Below, piece by piece: positions 1 to 12,479 of a DNA stretch of 64,000 nucleotides. Made by a program: the position numbers and the translations under genes. This DNA is from Octopus bimaculoides. Its lineage: Eukaryota. Under the pieces are notes generated by a model. That model searched no databases. It saw only the letters and a list, made by a program, of their open reading frames with translations, and had not been told where the DNA came from. The first letter of the stretch is position 1; the number at the start of each line of letters is the position of its first letter. The stretch covers positions 17,258,324 to 17,322,323 of the forward strand of contig NC_068981.1 in assembly GCF_001194135.2 (NCBI RefSeq), given 5' to 3'.

Positions 1-28
1 TAGACAGATAGATAAATAGATACATACA

Positions 29-62
<34 letters not shown>

Positions 63-71
63 CATACATAC

Positions 72-214
72 AAAAATACCCTGTTATTGATATTGAAATT
101 CAAATGAAGGAGCCCTGGCTCTAGGTTAGAAACTTGTTCTTTTTCTATTGGGTAGAAATCTTGAAATAAACTGAATGATGACATACATACATGCATACAT
201 ACATACAGAATAGA

Positions 215-248
<34 letters not shown>

Positions 249-367
249 CATACATACAAAAATACCCTGTTATTGATATTGAAATTCAAATGAAGGAGCC
301 CTGGATCTAGGTTAGAAACTTGTTCTTTTTCTATTGGGTAGAAATCTTGAAATAAACTGAATGATGA
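72..367 (+). mobile_element. Two tandem copies of an R4/Dong-like LINE 3' UTR terminus (72-181, 258-367) separated by (TACA)n
   Basis: Near-identical ~110 bp units AAAAATACCCTG...AAATAAACTGAATGATGA (1 nt difference seen). The same unit follows the RLE-LINE C-terminal coding segment at 1022-1376. Confidence 0.7.
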
Positions 368-411
368 CATACATACATGCATACATACACACATACATAC
401 ATAGTAAATAT

Positions 412-470
412 TAGGGCGCTGAGATATGTAACACACTGCATATATACCAATCTTGAGAAATTAGGCTTCT
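412..470 (+). mobile_element. R4/Dong-like LINE ORF C-terminal fragment, cut by an assembly gap
   Basis: Translates GALRYVTHCIYTNLEKLGFS; same sequence as the starts of the copies at 1022 and 1602. Confidence 0.7.
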
Positions 471-785
471 CANNNNNNNNNNCTGGGCCATTGCGCCTCA
501 GATACATACATACATACATACATACACAATTACAACAACATTTATAAATATATGCGTATGTATACATATATAGTGATATCCATATGCTTATCATGCATGT
601 AATCAGTCTTGCTCAGTAGTAAAACTTAATGGCTGTCAGTTAGGTCATACCGATAAATTTCTTCTTTCACGATGTCTATCGTATGCGCTTCCTTCTTTCC
701 AATTTGTATCTCGCACCAATTTGTCATGAGCTCTAATGATGACTAAAGTACATAACCATGTAAAGGGCAGAGAGTAAAGAGTAAA

Positions 786-900
786 GACCCCCTTCAGTCA
801 TGAATGACCATGGGATTGCACCTAGAAAGTTCCCCTCCGAGGCATAAGTCCGGGCAACGTTGTTTATGGAAGACCAGCAGTCACCTATGCTTAGCAGCCC
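786..900 (-). mobile_element. 3' tail fragment of SINE family C
   Basis: Matches 8246-8370 (GACCCCCTTC.GTCATGAATGACCATG.GATTGCACCTAGAA...). Confidence 0.8.
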
Positions 901-1021
901 CCTCTCTCTCTCTCTACGCTCCCAATGTAATAAAACTGAACAATTACATACATACATATCCGGATAACATACATACATACGTAGAAACATACATACATAC
1001 ATAGTATTTATTTGGACCTTT

Positions 1022-1223
1022 GGATATGTAACACACTGCATATATACCAATCTTGAGAAATTAGGCTTCTCAAAACCAGAAAGGAGAAAGCTAATTCGAA
1101 GACTACAGATCCAATCCATCACTGGAACTGTAAAAATCTGTAAAACTTTCCAGAAGTTTATCATTTAAATATATACGAGCACGTCTAGATATGCAACTAT
1201 ATGCATGAGAATAGATACATACA

Positions 1224-1257
<34 letters not shown>

Positions 1258-1376
1258 CATACATACAAAAATACCCTGTTATTGATATTGAAATTCAAAT
1301 GAAGGAGCCCTGGCTCTAGGTTAGAAACTTGTTCTTTTTCTATTGGGTAGAAATCTTGAAATAAACTGAATGATGA
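1022..1376 (+). mobile_element. 5'-truncated R4/Dong-like (RLE endonuclease) non-LTR retrotransposon 3' end
   Basis: 1022-1168 encodes GYVTHCIYTNLEKLGFSKPERRKLIRRLQIQSITGTVKICKTFQKFII*, resembling the C-terminus of R4-clade ORFs (GALG...LQ..A..GT..I). Followed by a 3' UTR with internal (TACA)n. Confidence 0.7.
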
Positions 1377-1601
1377 CATACATACATGCATACATANNNN
1401 NNNNNNNNNNNNNNNNNNNNNNNNNNNNNNNNNNNNNNNNNNNNNNNNNNNNNNNNNNNNNNNNNNNNNNNNNNNNNNNNNNNNNNNNNNNNNNNNNNNN
1501 NNNNNNNNNNNNNNNNNNNNNNNNNNNNNNNNNNNNNNNNNNNNNNNNNNNNNNNNNNNNNNNNNNNNNNNNNNNNNNNNNNNNNNNNNNNNNNNNNNNN
1601 N

Positions 1602-1933
1602 GGATATGTAACACACTGCATATATACCAATCTTGAGAAATTAGGCTTCTCAAAACCAGAAAGGAGAAAGCTAATTCAAAGACTACAGATCCAATCCATC
1701 ACTGGAACTGTAAAAATCTGTAAACTTTTCCAGAAGTTTATCAATTAAATATATACAAGCACGTCTAGATATGCAACTATATGCATGAGAATACATACAT
1801 AAAACATACATACATACATACATACATACATACATACATACATACTTACATACAAAATACCCTGTTGTTAATGTTGAAATTCCAATGAAGGAGCTTGGAT
1901 CTAGGTTAGAAACCGGTTCTTTCTCTATTGGCA
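1602..1933 (+). mobile_element. Second, diverged R4/Dong-like LINE 3' end
   Basis: 1602-1748 GYVTHCIYTNLEKLGFSKPERRKLIQRLQIQSITGTVKICKLFQKFIN*, with several substitutions versus the 1022 copy and a diverged 3' UTR. Confidence 0.7.
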
Positions 1934-2085
1934 GAAAAACTATGTATTGTCATAGATGTCACCTGCCCTGATGATGTGAATATCTCTTCGAAAATCAAAG
2001 AGAAAAGAGGTTAACTACAGACAACTACTTCGAAGCATTCACCTTCTGTATCCAGATTATAAATTCATATTTATACAAATAATAT
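1934..2085 (+). mobile_element. RLE endonuclease-domain fragment of an R4/Dong-like LINE (frameshifted)
   Basis: EKLCIVIDVTCPDDVNISSKIKEK-(fs)-NYRQLLRSIHLLYPDYKFIFIQII fits the part of the RLE domain after the PD motif, immediately upstream of the GALG segment. Confidence 0.65.
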
Positions 2086-2315
2086 TTTTCGCTCTTGGTT
2101 TTGTTAGCTGTTGTTTTCAAAACAAGAAATCCAGAAACTAACATGCACATTATGAATGCAACCACTAAGTGGAACAGTAAATATATTCAAGACTTTTTCA
2201 AGTTCAAAATGTTAACTTGTTTTGTTATCTTCATTCCAACGACGGAGCTTTGTATCTTTGATAGAAACCAGCTCTTTCTTACAGGAATACTTTAAATAAT
2301 TGCAAATAGAAGAGA

Positions 2316-2397
<82 letters not shown>

Positions 2398-3439
2398 CTA
2401 TACATACATACACACAAGGGCTTTGTTTCTGAGTTAGAAACCATCTATTTCTCCTGTTAGAAATTCGATAAACGTAACCAAAACATCCATCCGACAGACA
2501 GACAAACAGAGAGAGAGAGGCAGACAGACAGACAGAAATACGTGCATAAATGCATACATACGTATATACACACATAAAAATATACATACATGCTCTGATA
2601 CACTTCCATAGTATAAAAGTGATGTGTGACAGAAGTTTTAATTCAAGAAATCAGAACGCGGGATGAATATATCTAATTTTCTTCGTGTTCTTTCATCACA
2701 TGATCTATGAAGATCTAGAAATTTTTTTTTACTGAAAAATCTTAACTAGATTTTGTTACAGTTCAACAATTTTGTGATTCGATGAACAAATGTAAAATAC
2801 AAGCGCAAACTTTTGTGAAGGAACCAGCAGGTTCATTTTATATCTAAAATGGTTTTATTTATTTTATTTCTTCTTGTACTTATTTTGGTTATTTTATTCT
2901 TTTATTTTGTGTTTTGTTGTGTTCTTTTAGTAACGTCATCCGGGGTTTCTCTTATAAAACAATTAGTACATGTTATTAACATTTTCCTGACTGATATTTG
3001 TTAGGGGCTTTTTTTTACCTCCTTTGATCCGGATATTAGGAGAGTGTTATTTCTTTTTTATGTGACATTCACGTGCTGTGATATTTACTGATTAACGGTG
3101 ATTGTTAAAAATATAAACCAATTTGTCATCGAAATTTTTATTTTAATTTCGTTTACTTTACTTATTAATTCATTTATTTATTTATACCTTTTTCGAGTGA
3201 TATCAGTCACGCAAACCTAGTTTATGCTTTGTTGTACTAAAAACGTTTCATTCTTATATTTATATGAAGAACGTAGTGTATTCAAAGAGAGCTGGAAAGA
3301 GAAAATGTACTGTATGCATACATATGTAATACTTTCAAACATACACTTAAGAAATAGATCGGGTGAGAATCTCTTGATCAGTGATGTTTCGAAACCTACC
3401 GGCTTTTTTACTTCTAGAGAAAATAAAAGTAATTTGGTG

Positions 3440-4470
3440 CAGTTTATACATAAAGTTAGAAGTATATCTAAGATAGACACACTGTATAGATGTTGTTTGG
3501 ACAGATAGGCAGTGTGTATAGGTTTCGATAAAAACTAGAGAAATACACGATGTGCAGATGTTAGCTGGATGGATAGCAAGTGTATGCATGTTGGCTAGGT
3601 AGATAAACATAGTGAATGGCTGTTAACCAGGTAGATAGATATAGTGTGAGGATGTTTGTTGAATAGACACAGTGTGGATGTTGGGTGGATAAATAGGCTC
3701 TCTATGTGTAGGTGTTGACTGGAGAGATTCACTGTGTAAATGTTGACTAGATAGAGAGACATATTTTAATGTTGTTGACCTAATAGACTGAGCAATTTGT
3801 ACATGTTTACTGTATACATAGACGCAGCACATAAATGTTGAGTGGTCAGAGGTTGTGTGTAGATATTGGTTTCATATTTTGGTACAAGGCCAGTAATTTC
3901 GGGAGAGGGAGTAAATCGATTATATTGAACCCATTGCTCAACTGGTACTTATTTTATCGTTCCTGAAAGGATGAAAGGCAAAGTCGACCTCGGTGACATT
4001 TGAACTCGGAACGTAAAGACGGATGAAATGCCGCTATGCATTTCGGCCGGCGTGCTAATGATCCCGCCAGCTCGATGCCTTAAACAGCGTCTACATATTG
4101 AATATATACACACATATCCAATATGTCAACTGGACAGATGGGAAAGTAAGTAGATGCTGATCGGATATAGGGACACGTGTTGATATTCATTATTTAGATA
4201 GTGTGTATATGTTGACTGGATAGACATTGTGTGTATATTTTCAGTGGATAAATAGACTCAGTGTGTGTATATGATGACAATATTGATAGACACATAATGT
4301 ATATGTTAATTGGAAACATAGACACAATTCGTAGATGCTGATAATCTAGTAAGACGTGCGTAGATATAGACTTAGTAGTAATTGGATATATAGACGGTCA
4401 GTGAACAAACAGATATAATGTCCAAATAACTATTGGATTTATACAGCTAGATCGATAAATATTGTGTACA
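3440..4470. repeat. Degenerate ~30-32 bp minisatellite (GTGTAGATGTTGACTGGATAGATACA-like), interrupted by a SINE
   Basis: The recurring ATGTTG-like core is spaced 26-37 bp from 3489 to 3862 and resumes after 4085. Confidence 0.65.
3864..4081 (-). mobile_element. tRNA-derived SINE, family D
   Basis: Reverse complement of AAGGC.GCGAGCTGGC...GAGTTCAAAT...GGTCGACTTTGCCTTTCATCCTTTC.GG...CCTTGTACCAAAAT.TGAAACC, which recurs more than 10 times in the window. Confidence 0.9.
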
Positions 4471-4513
4471 GATGGCCAGTGGATAGCCTCAGGTTTTACA
4501 TGTACTCCTAAGA

Positions 4514-4551
<38 letters not shown>

Positions 4552-4601
4552 NNNNNNNNNNNNNNNNNNNNNNNNNNNNNNNNNNNNNNNNNNNNNNNNN
4601 N

Positions 4602-4719
4602 GGAGCAGAAGTGGTTGCGTGTTAAGATATTTGTTTCCGACCACATGGTTTCGGTTCGGGTTTTGTCCTACTGTCGTATATAAACTCGTTAGAGTTTTAA
4701 CTGCAAAACATATGTATAT

Positions 4720-4814
<95 letters not shown>

Positions 4815-4962
4815 CATACATGTCATTACGTTTCGGGTTCCGTCCCACTCCACGGCACCTTGGCCGGCTCGAGGCCGACCAGTACATTGTAAGCAATGAA
4901 TTTGGTTAATGGTGACCGTGTGTACGCTAGTTGTATATGTATATATGCATACATGTATGTGT

Positions 4963-5039
<77 letters not shown>

Positions 5040-5276
5040 CAGAAGTATGTGTACCTACGTGCTTATCCCCACCATCACTTGACGACCGGTGGTGGTTTGT
5101 TTACGTCACCACCGAGGCCACTTAGCGGTTCGGCAAAAGAACCCGATAGAATAAATACCAGACTTTAAAAAAAAGAATAATCACTGGCGTCGATTTATTT
5201 TACTAAACTTTTCAAACTATTGCCCCAGCATGGCCGCAGTCCAACAAATGAAAGTGTGAAAGATGAAAAGATAAAG
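4602..5276 (+). mobile_element. Degenerate SINE family A-related copy with expanded internal microsatellites
   Basis: Head-like CCACATGGTTTCGG, body CACTTGACGACCGG...TTAGCGGTTCGGCAAAAG and tail CCCCAGCATGGCCGCAGTC; internal (CA)n/(TA)n/(GATA)n. Confidence 0.65.
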
Positions 5277-5974
5277 ACCTAAAGTGTCCAGACCATTTAT
5301 CACATCGTATTGACGCAGATGTAAATATTAAAACATTTAGCATGAAGTTAATTGTCTGCGAAATATTAATCGTATTAACAATAACTCCTCTCAGACAATT
5401 GGACGTTTTGCTATTTGTTAAATTGCTTTTGTTTGATTTGTTTTTAATCGTGAGATTTACGACCGGACATTAATCATTAGTTTGTTGTGTCGTTAGTCCG
5501 TTGAATCAACAGGGTATTTTGATGGTAGCACGTGTCATTAGGGCCCCTTGTCATTAGAGAAGTGTTTGTTAGTCTAACGTGTGTAACTTATCTATATTGG
5601 GATTTGATTGTTCTGCTGTAACACTGCCGGTTCGTTAGAGTTTTAGCTATAAAATAGAACGATGCAGTTGATGTCAGGTTTGAAGACTTCTGGTTTAATA
5701 CTTAATACTTGCAAGTAAAATGTGGACTGAAAGGATTTCTAAAAGACTATAATTTTGGAAACGAAGAACTGGGTGAATGTCTTTACGTGAGTGAGACTCA
5801 ATGATAGTAACAAGACAAGAAAAAATTAGGCATGTTGGCCTTGGTGGTGGGATAAGACAAGCTAACTGAGATAATCAGAGATCGTGGAAATAGAGACAGA
5901 TTATGGAGAGGAGAAACAAGAGTAAGTAATCATCTGTATAGCTTTTGGGCGTGATTCAGACTGTTTGTGTAGCA

Positions 5975-6729
5975 GCAGCATCACTGTTCCATACATGTAC
6001 ACAGTAGTTCAGTACCAGAATCACCACCTCATATAAGTGAGCATCGTTTCAGCTTTACTATTCAATAATTGTTGAATGGTACTTCAATGTGAGTACTATC
6101 GTCACTATTTCATACATATAAGCAGCGTTTCAATGTGTGTTCCAATACCACCGGCCTGTATGTGGGAATAGTACTTCAATATGAGTACCAGCATCATCAT
6201 CCCACATATGTAAGCAGTACTTCAATGCGTGTAACCAAAATTAACATACCGTACATGTAATAGTACTTCAATATGAGTACAGGTGTCATTGTTCCATAAC
6301 TGTGAGTACTCAGTACCTCAATGCGAATGCCACATCACCGGCTTATACATGGGAGCAGTACTTCAATTTAAGTAGCACTGTGACCACCCCATAAATATGA
6401 ATGTGTATTCCAGTGCCATTGTTCCACATATGTGAGCAGTACTTCAATGTGAGTACCACCATCATCGTCTCATACATGTGAGGAGTACTCCAATTCATGT
6501 TCCAGCATTACTGTTTCATAACTATGAGTAGTACTTCAGTGCGTATTCCAACGTCATCTCGCCTTATATGTAAGCAGTATATCAATGTGAGTACCATTAT
6601 CCCTGTTTCATTCTTGTGTACCTTACTTTAATGCAAATATTAGTATCACAACCCCGTACATGTGAGTAACATTTCAATGTGCGTTCAGTACCGCCGTCCC
6701 CTACATGTGAGCAGAACTTCAACATTGTA
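5975..6729. repeat. 46-bp minisatellite with alternating a/b subunits (~92 bp higher-order period); remnant continues at 7300-7370
   Basis: TTCAAT-like core at 6083, 6129, 6175, 6221, 6267, 6317, 6362, 6443, 6489, 6535, 6581, 6627, 6673 and 6718. Confidence 0.8.
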
Positions 6730-6893
6730 GGCGTAGGAGTGGCTATGTGGTAAGTAGCTTGCTTATCAACCACATGGTTCCGAGTTCAGTCCCACTGCGT
6801 GGCACCTTGGGCAAGTGTCTTCTACTATAGCCTCGGGCCGACCAAAGCCTTCTGAGTGGATTTGGTAGACGGAAACTGAAAGAAGCCCGTCAA

Positions 6894-6945
<52 letters not shown>

Positions 6946-7298
6946 NNNNNNNNNNNNNNNNNNNNNNNNNNNNNNNNNNNNNNNNNNNNNNNNNNNNNNN
7001 NNNNNNNNNNNNNNNNNNNNNNNNNNNNNNNNNNNNNNNNNNNNNNNNNTGTGTGTGTGCGTGCGTGTGTGTGTGTGTGTGTGTGCGTGTGTGTCAGTGT
7101 TTGTCTCTCCTCACCATCGCTTGACAACCGATGCTGGTGTGTTTACGTCCCCGTAACTTAGCGTTTCGGCAAAAAGAGACCGGTAGAATAAGTACTAGGT
7201 TTACAAAGTATAAGTCCTGGGGTCGATTTTCTCGACTAAAGGCGGTGCTCCAGCATGGCCGCATTAAAATGACTGAAACAAGTAAAAGAGTAAAAGAG
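6730..7298 (+). mobile_element. Full-length tRNA-derived SINE, family A, with internal (TA)n(TG)n
   Basis: GGCGTAGGAGTGGCT.TGTGGTAAG head, GAGTTCAGTCCC B-box, CORE-like GGCACCTTGGGCAAGTGTC, tail GGTGCTCCAGCATGGCC...GTAAAAGAGTAAAAGAG. Confidence 0.95.
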
Positions 7299-7394
7299 AT
7301 GTAACAACATCATCAGCATCACCGTTCTACAGGCACAGTGAGTACTCCAATGTGCTTCTTACATATGCATTGTAAAGGATTACCAGCTGATCCG

Positions 7395-7800
7395 TGGGTC
7401 GTTCGTGTGCCGCCTCGCAAATGCCATATTATAAGTGTATTTTGTTGCTAGTGCGTTGTGTTATCATTGCACTGGCTCGTTCGTGCACTATACCGTCAAT
7501 GAGCCGTATAGTTCCTGCTAGCACTTCCGTGTTATTAGCGTGTCGTTCATTAGCGCGGCATGCATTTAATGTACCGTGCCATTAGTGTGCTGAGTCCTTT
7601 GTGTTCCGTATTATTAGTACGCTGTGTTATTAAGATGCTGTGTTATTGGGGTTCTTTGATGTGGAGGTACTGAACATTTAAAGCAACGTTTCACTGAGCT
7701 AAAAGCATTGTTATGGTGCCGTGTCGATAGTGCACAGCGCCATTATGCTGCCAAGATATGAAAGTGGACGTATTATTAGACCGAATTAGTGTTACTAAAC
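7395..7800. repeat. Highly degenerate ~16-17 bp minisatellite (GTGCTGTGTTATTA-like)
   Basis: Recurring GTG.../TGTTATTAG motifs at short spacing. Confidence 0.45.
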
Positions 7801-7834
7801 CACTCCCTATGCACTACAATTTACAGCGAGTATT

Positions 7835-8238
7835 AATATTGGTTTCAAATTTTGGCACAAGGCCAACAATTTTGTAGGAGCATGTTAGTCGATTATATCA
7901 TGCCCACTGCTCGTCTGGTACTTATTTTATCGACCCCGAAAGAATGAAAGGCAAAGTCGACCTCGGCAGAATTTGAACTCAGAATGTAAAGGCAGACGAA
8001 ATACCTATTTCTTTACTGCCCACAAGGGGCTACACACAGAGGGGACAAACAAGGACAAACAAACGGATTAAGTCGATTATATCGACCCCAGTGAGTAACT
8101 GGTACTTATTTAATCGACCCCGAAAGGATGAAAGGCAAAGTCGACCTCGGCGGAATTTGAACTCAGAACGTAGCGACAGACGAAATACCTCTAAGCATTT
8201 TGCTTGGCATGCTAGCCACTCTGCCAGCTCGCCGCCTT
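7835..8238 (-). mobile_element. SINE family D dimer (full unit plus head-truncated unit)
   Basis: Two consecutive copies of the D body with different tails. Confidence 0.9.
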
Positions 8239-8245
8239 ACCACTT

Positions 8246-8583
8246 GAGGAGACCCCCTTCGGTCATGAATGACCATGAGATTGCACCTAGAACGTTACCC
8301 TCCGAAGCACAAGTCCGGGCAATGTTGTTCTTTGGAAGGCCAGCAGTCGCCCATGCATACCAGCCTCCCCTCTTCACACCACTGATGTTATCCAAGGGAA
8401 AGACAAAAGCTGATATAGCTTGGCACCGGTGATGTCGAAACTCATTTCTATAGCTGAGTGAACTGGAGCAACGTGAAATAAAGTGTCTTGCTGAAGAACA
8501 CAACACGCAGCCCGGTCCGGAAATCGGACTCACAACCTCATGATCGTAAGCTCGACGCTCTAACCACTGAGCCATGCGCCTTA
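8246..8583 (-). mobile_element. Full-length tRNA-derived SINE, family C
   Basis: Reverse complement begins GGCGCATGGCTCAGTGGTTAGAGCG (A box) ... GAGTCCGATTTCC (B box), body TGTGTTCTTCAGCAAGACACTTTATTTCACGTTGCTCCAG, tail ...CATTCATGACCGAAGGGGGTCT. Confidence 0.9.
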
Positions 8584-9533
8584 CCACTACTTCTAATATT
8601 ATTACCTAAACTAAAACACCAGTTAAGTATGGGAATAATTTAATCGACAATACTCTCCCTGAAAATGTGTGGCCTTGTGCCAATGTTGAAAATCAATTTC
8701 ATTATCTAAAACACACCAACGGCGTACTAAACAATTTCTTTCGGAGTTATGAACGAAATCAATCAATCAGTCTATTGCGCATGTGCTGTACACCGATTAG
8801 CAAAACCTTCTCTTTCAGACATTGGTATATAAATAGAAAGTATGAAACTACAGATATAATTCTGTAGATATAAACTATAGATATAATTCTATTACATAAG
8901 TTTACGGTCAGCGCTTCTCTCATAATTAAATTATCAATTAATCATATTTCCCGGCATAACTCAATGTTTTTCACGAACATTTCCATACAGTAAGATTAGC
9001 TACAACAGGGCCGGCAAGTAATCGCGAAGATTATAATTCTACTGTCAAAATATAACTTTCGCTATACTTCTGAGAATCTAGAATATATCCTGAGTTGTGT
9101 CTCTTGTTTGCTCTACCAGACAATAGTGAACTAATTTCTGATATTTTTTTAAGATCTCTGTGATTATGAAATCACTGTAGATACTGTGATTATTTCTGGT
9201 GTTAAAAACATTGGAATTAATATCAGATATGAATGTTATTACATAATTAATTTTAACGGTTTACATAATCAAAATAATCAAAATAGTTTATCAAAATATT
9301 TGTATATGAAAAACAATAATTTCCATAGTAACTACTAAAGGCTGTCCAAGCTTTTCAAAGGAAGAACTCTAATAAAAGGTTGTAGTAGAATACAACCCTT
9401 GGCTGTCTTGTTTTGAGGCTCCCGCCAAAAAAGAATCAAGTTGGGTCTCTATGTGGTCGATTGATCAGCTGGAAGCAACTGCTAAATCTCTTTCAAAACG
9501 TGTACCGACGTTCCTTAAAAATAGCGAAGGATA

Positions 9534-9725
9534 GGCGTAGGAGTGGCTGTGTGGTAAGTAGCTAGCTTAAGAAACCACATGGTTCCGGGTTCAGTCCCAC
9601 TGCGTGGAACCTTGGGCAAGTGTCTTCTATTATAGCCTCGCGCCGACCAAGGCCTTGTGAGCGGATTTGGTAGACGGAAACTGAAAGAAGCCCGTCGTAT
9701 ATATGTATATATATATCTACGTGTG

Positions 9726-9788
<63 letters not shown>

Positions 9789-10005
9789 ATATATATGTTT
9801 GTGTGTCTATGTTTGTCCCCCAACATCGCTTGACAACCGATGCTGGTGTGTTTACGTCCCCGTAACTTAGCGGTTCGGCAAAAGAGATCCGATAAAATAA
9901 GTACTAGGCTTACAAAGAATAAGTCCTGGGGTCGATTTGCGACTAAAGGCGGTGCTCCAGCATGGCCACAGTCAAATGACTGAAACAAGTAAAAGAGTAA
10001 AAGAG
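9534..10005 (+). mobile_element. Full-length SINE family A
   Basis: Same head, body, (TG)n and tail as 6730-7298. Confidence 0.95.
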
Positions 10006-10379
10006 ATACACTCCCAAAATGTAAACCTAAATATTTAGATTATGTGATGATCATGGCTGAATGTCTTTAGTCATATGGCTACTCGATTGAAACTGACTGT
10101 TAACAACAATTACATCAACACCAATGACAATATTCGAAACAAACACCAGTGTCTTAAATTATTTTTAAATCTGAGCGAGCTGACACCGCAACAAAGCCCA
10201 AATTGTTTTCCTAAAGTGTCTCAAACTTAAAGTTCGCCATTAGTTTGACACGTATGTCTTTATCTTGACAGGCACTGACTATTCCATAAGCGTTCAGTGC
10301 CGCCGACAGAATTACCATTCCCAGAGCGGGCAATCGAATTCCATATGCTTTTATGATTCTACTAAGGTCAGGACTAAAA

Positions 10380-10597
10380 TATTGGTTTCAGGTGTTGGTA
10401 CAGGGCCAGCAATTTCGTGGAAGGGTTAAGTTGATTATATCGACCCCCTGTGCTGAAATACTATTTACTTTGTCGACCCCGAATGGATGAAAGGCAAAGA
10501 TGACTTCGGCGAAATTTGAACTCAGAACGTAAAGGCGGACAAAATGCCGCTAAGCATTTTGTCCGGCGTGCTAACGGTTCTGCCAGCTCGTCGCCTT
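10380..10597 (-). mobile_element. SINE family D
   Basis: Reverse-complement match to the family D consensus seen elsewhere in the window. Confidence 0.9.
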
Positions 10598-11619
10598 TAA
10601 TAACTTCAATATCACAACCAATGACGTGGTCCTCTTGACAAAATATGTTTTTTCACTCTACAAAATGATACACACGAGCTTCAAATAGTTATCATTCTTT
10701 TTTTTTCTTTTATCATGCTTACTTCTTTTCCTTTTCCTCTTTTCGGCGTACAATTCACTGTTCACAACATTTATTCCTTTGTATGTGTGTATGCGTGTTT
10801 GTGTGTGTGTATGTGTGTGTTTATATTTTGTCCATCACTTTTCGAATTTTCATCTATTTGTTATAACTTCTCACGTTGTCCATCTGCTTGTCTCTTACTC
10901 CCTCGTTCCATTTATGCTATTCCATTTATCATTTTTTTCATATTATAGTATATTGTTCTTTTTTCTTTCCTTTCATTAGAGAGAATATGACGGATGGTAA
11001 AAATGAAAGGAAGAGATAGTAGGGTAATCATTTTATATCAAATAATCTCAAAGTCTAGCAATTGAATATCATTTGATATTGCTTATGAAATTATTATTCC
11101 ACTGGTATTTTATTCCGACTAAAGCTGATACGAAAATAGTATGCCACAACCTGAGATAAAGTAACAGAAGAAATATTGGTGATTAATATATGGTAGTGTA
11201 CACTGATGAAAATAGCTTTATTGTTTAGTTATTAGAGATTGAAGACTAGCTTAGTGATTGGTCCGTTTCTTGTGACCATTACTGCTCTGTGTCCATGACA
11301 GATATATTCAATTCATACCAACACTGTTCATACAATGTAAATAGAAAGAGACGTCTGAAATGATGAGAGAACTGGTGTCCTGTGTTTTTGTTTTGTTTCT
11401 TGTTTTTGGGTGTGGGCGGGGTTAGCCTCGGGCAGGAGTAGATCTATCAAATTCATTCCCTTTGTAACCATTCCAGCTTTCTTTTTTCTCATTCAAACAT
11501 ATCAATTGCGAATCTAGAACAAGATCCAATTTGTTTTTTATTTTACAACTGCACAGTATGATATGAGGATGATTTGGCAGCTATTTTCTTGTAACATCGA
11601 GTCAATGTAGGTCATCATT

Positions 11620-11835
<216 letters not shown>

Positions 11836-12479
11836 TCTTCTACTTCTTCTTCTTTATGCCCATGTTAGTTTCTGATCCGGTACACCTATAGCCAAAAACA
11901 TCCCAACAGTGATCACTTCGGCTATATACTCAGGCAGAGAGTATATACAGAGCTAAAAGATTTTTCCTGTCCTTGATGGAGTTTAAAATTGATTTTGGCT
12001 GCTATATCTAGCTGCCTATGCGACCATTCAGAGGTTCCCTCATCTTTAATCTTGCCCAGTTATTCTCAAATAGTGCACCGCAGATTTTTAAAATAGTATA
12101 ATTCAAAAACCGTTAGAAAATCTATATTAATGTTTGAGTATATTCAAAAAAGTATGTCATGCATTATTTTGTTATGTACAAGTCTGGTTAATGAAAAATG
12201 CTAAGTATTAGTTAATAATATCTGTGTCTAGATATCTAAAACATTTAAAACCTTGTATACGTCTATATGAGTATTCCTTAAGTTTTCCATCCAAAGCGCT
12301 CCAGTATTTTCTTTTATTTGATCTCCAATATAATCTCGAAGTTAAAGACTGAGAACCACTTGTACAATGTTTTGTTATTTAAGATGGTGGCCATGTTTAA
12401 CTATGATCCACTGAAATTAGGAAATAGGGATTAATGAAGGAAATTGAGTATATAACTCTGAAAAGAATTTTATTTATAG

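Noticed and set aside
5975-6729. Regularly spaced repeat as a possible CRISPR array
   Set aside because: Eukaryotic context, no cas genes, and units homologous along their full length with no unique spacers.
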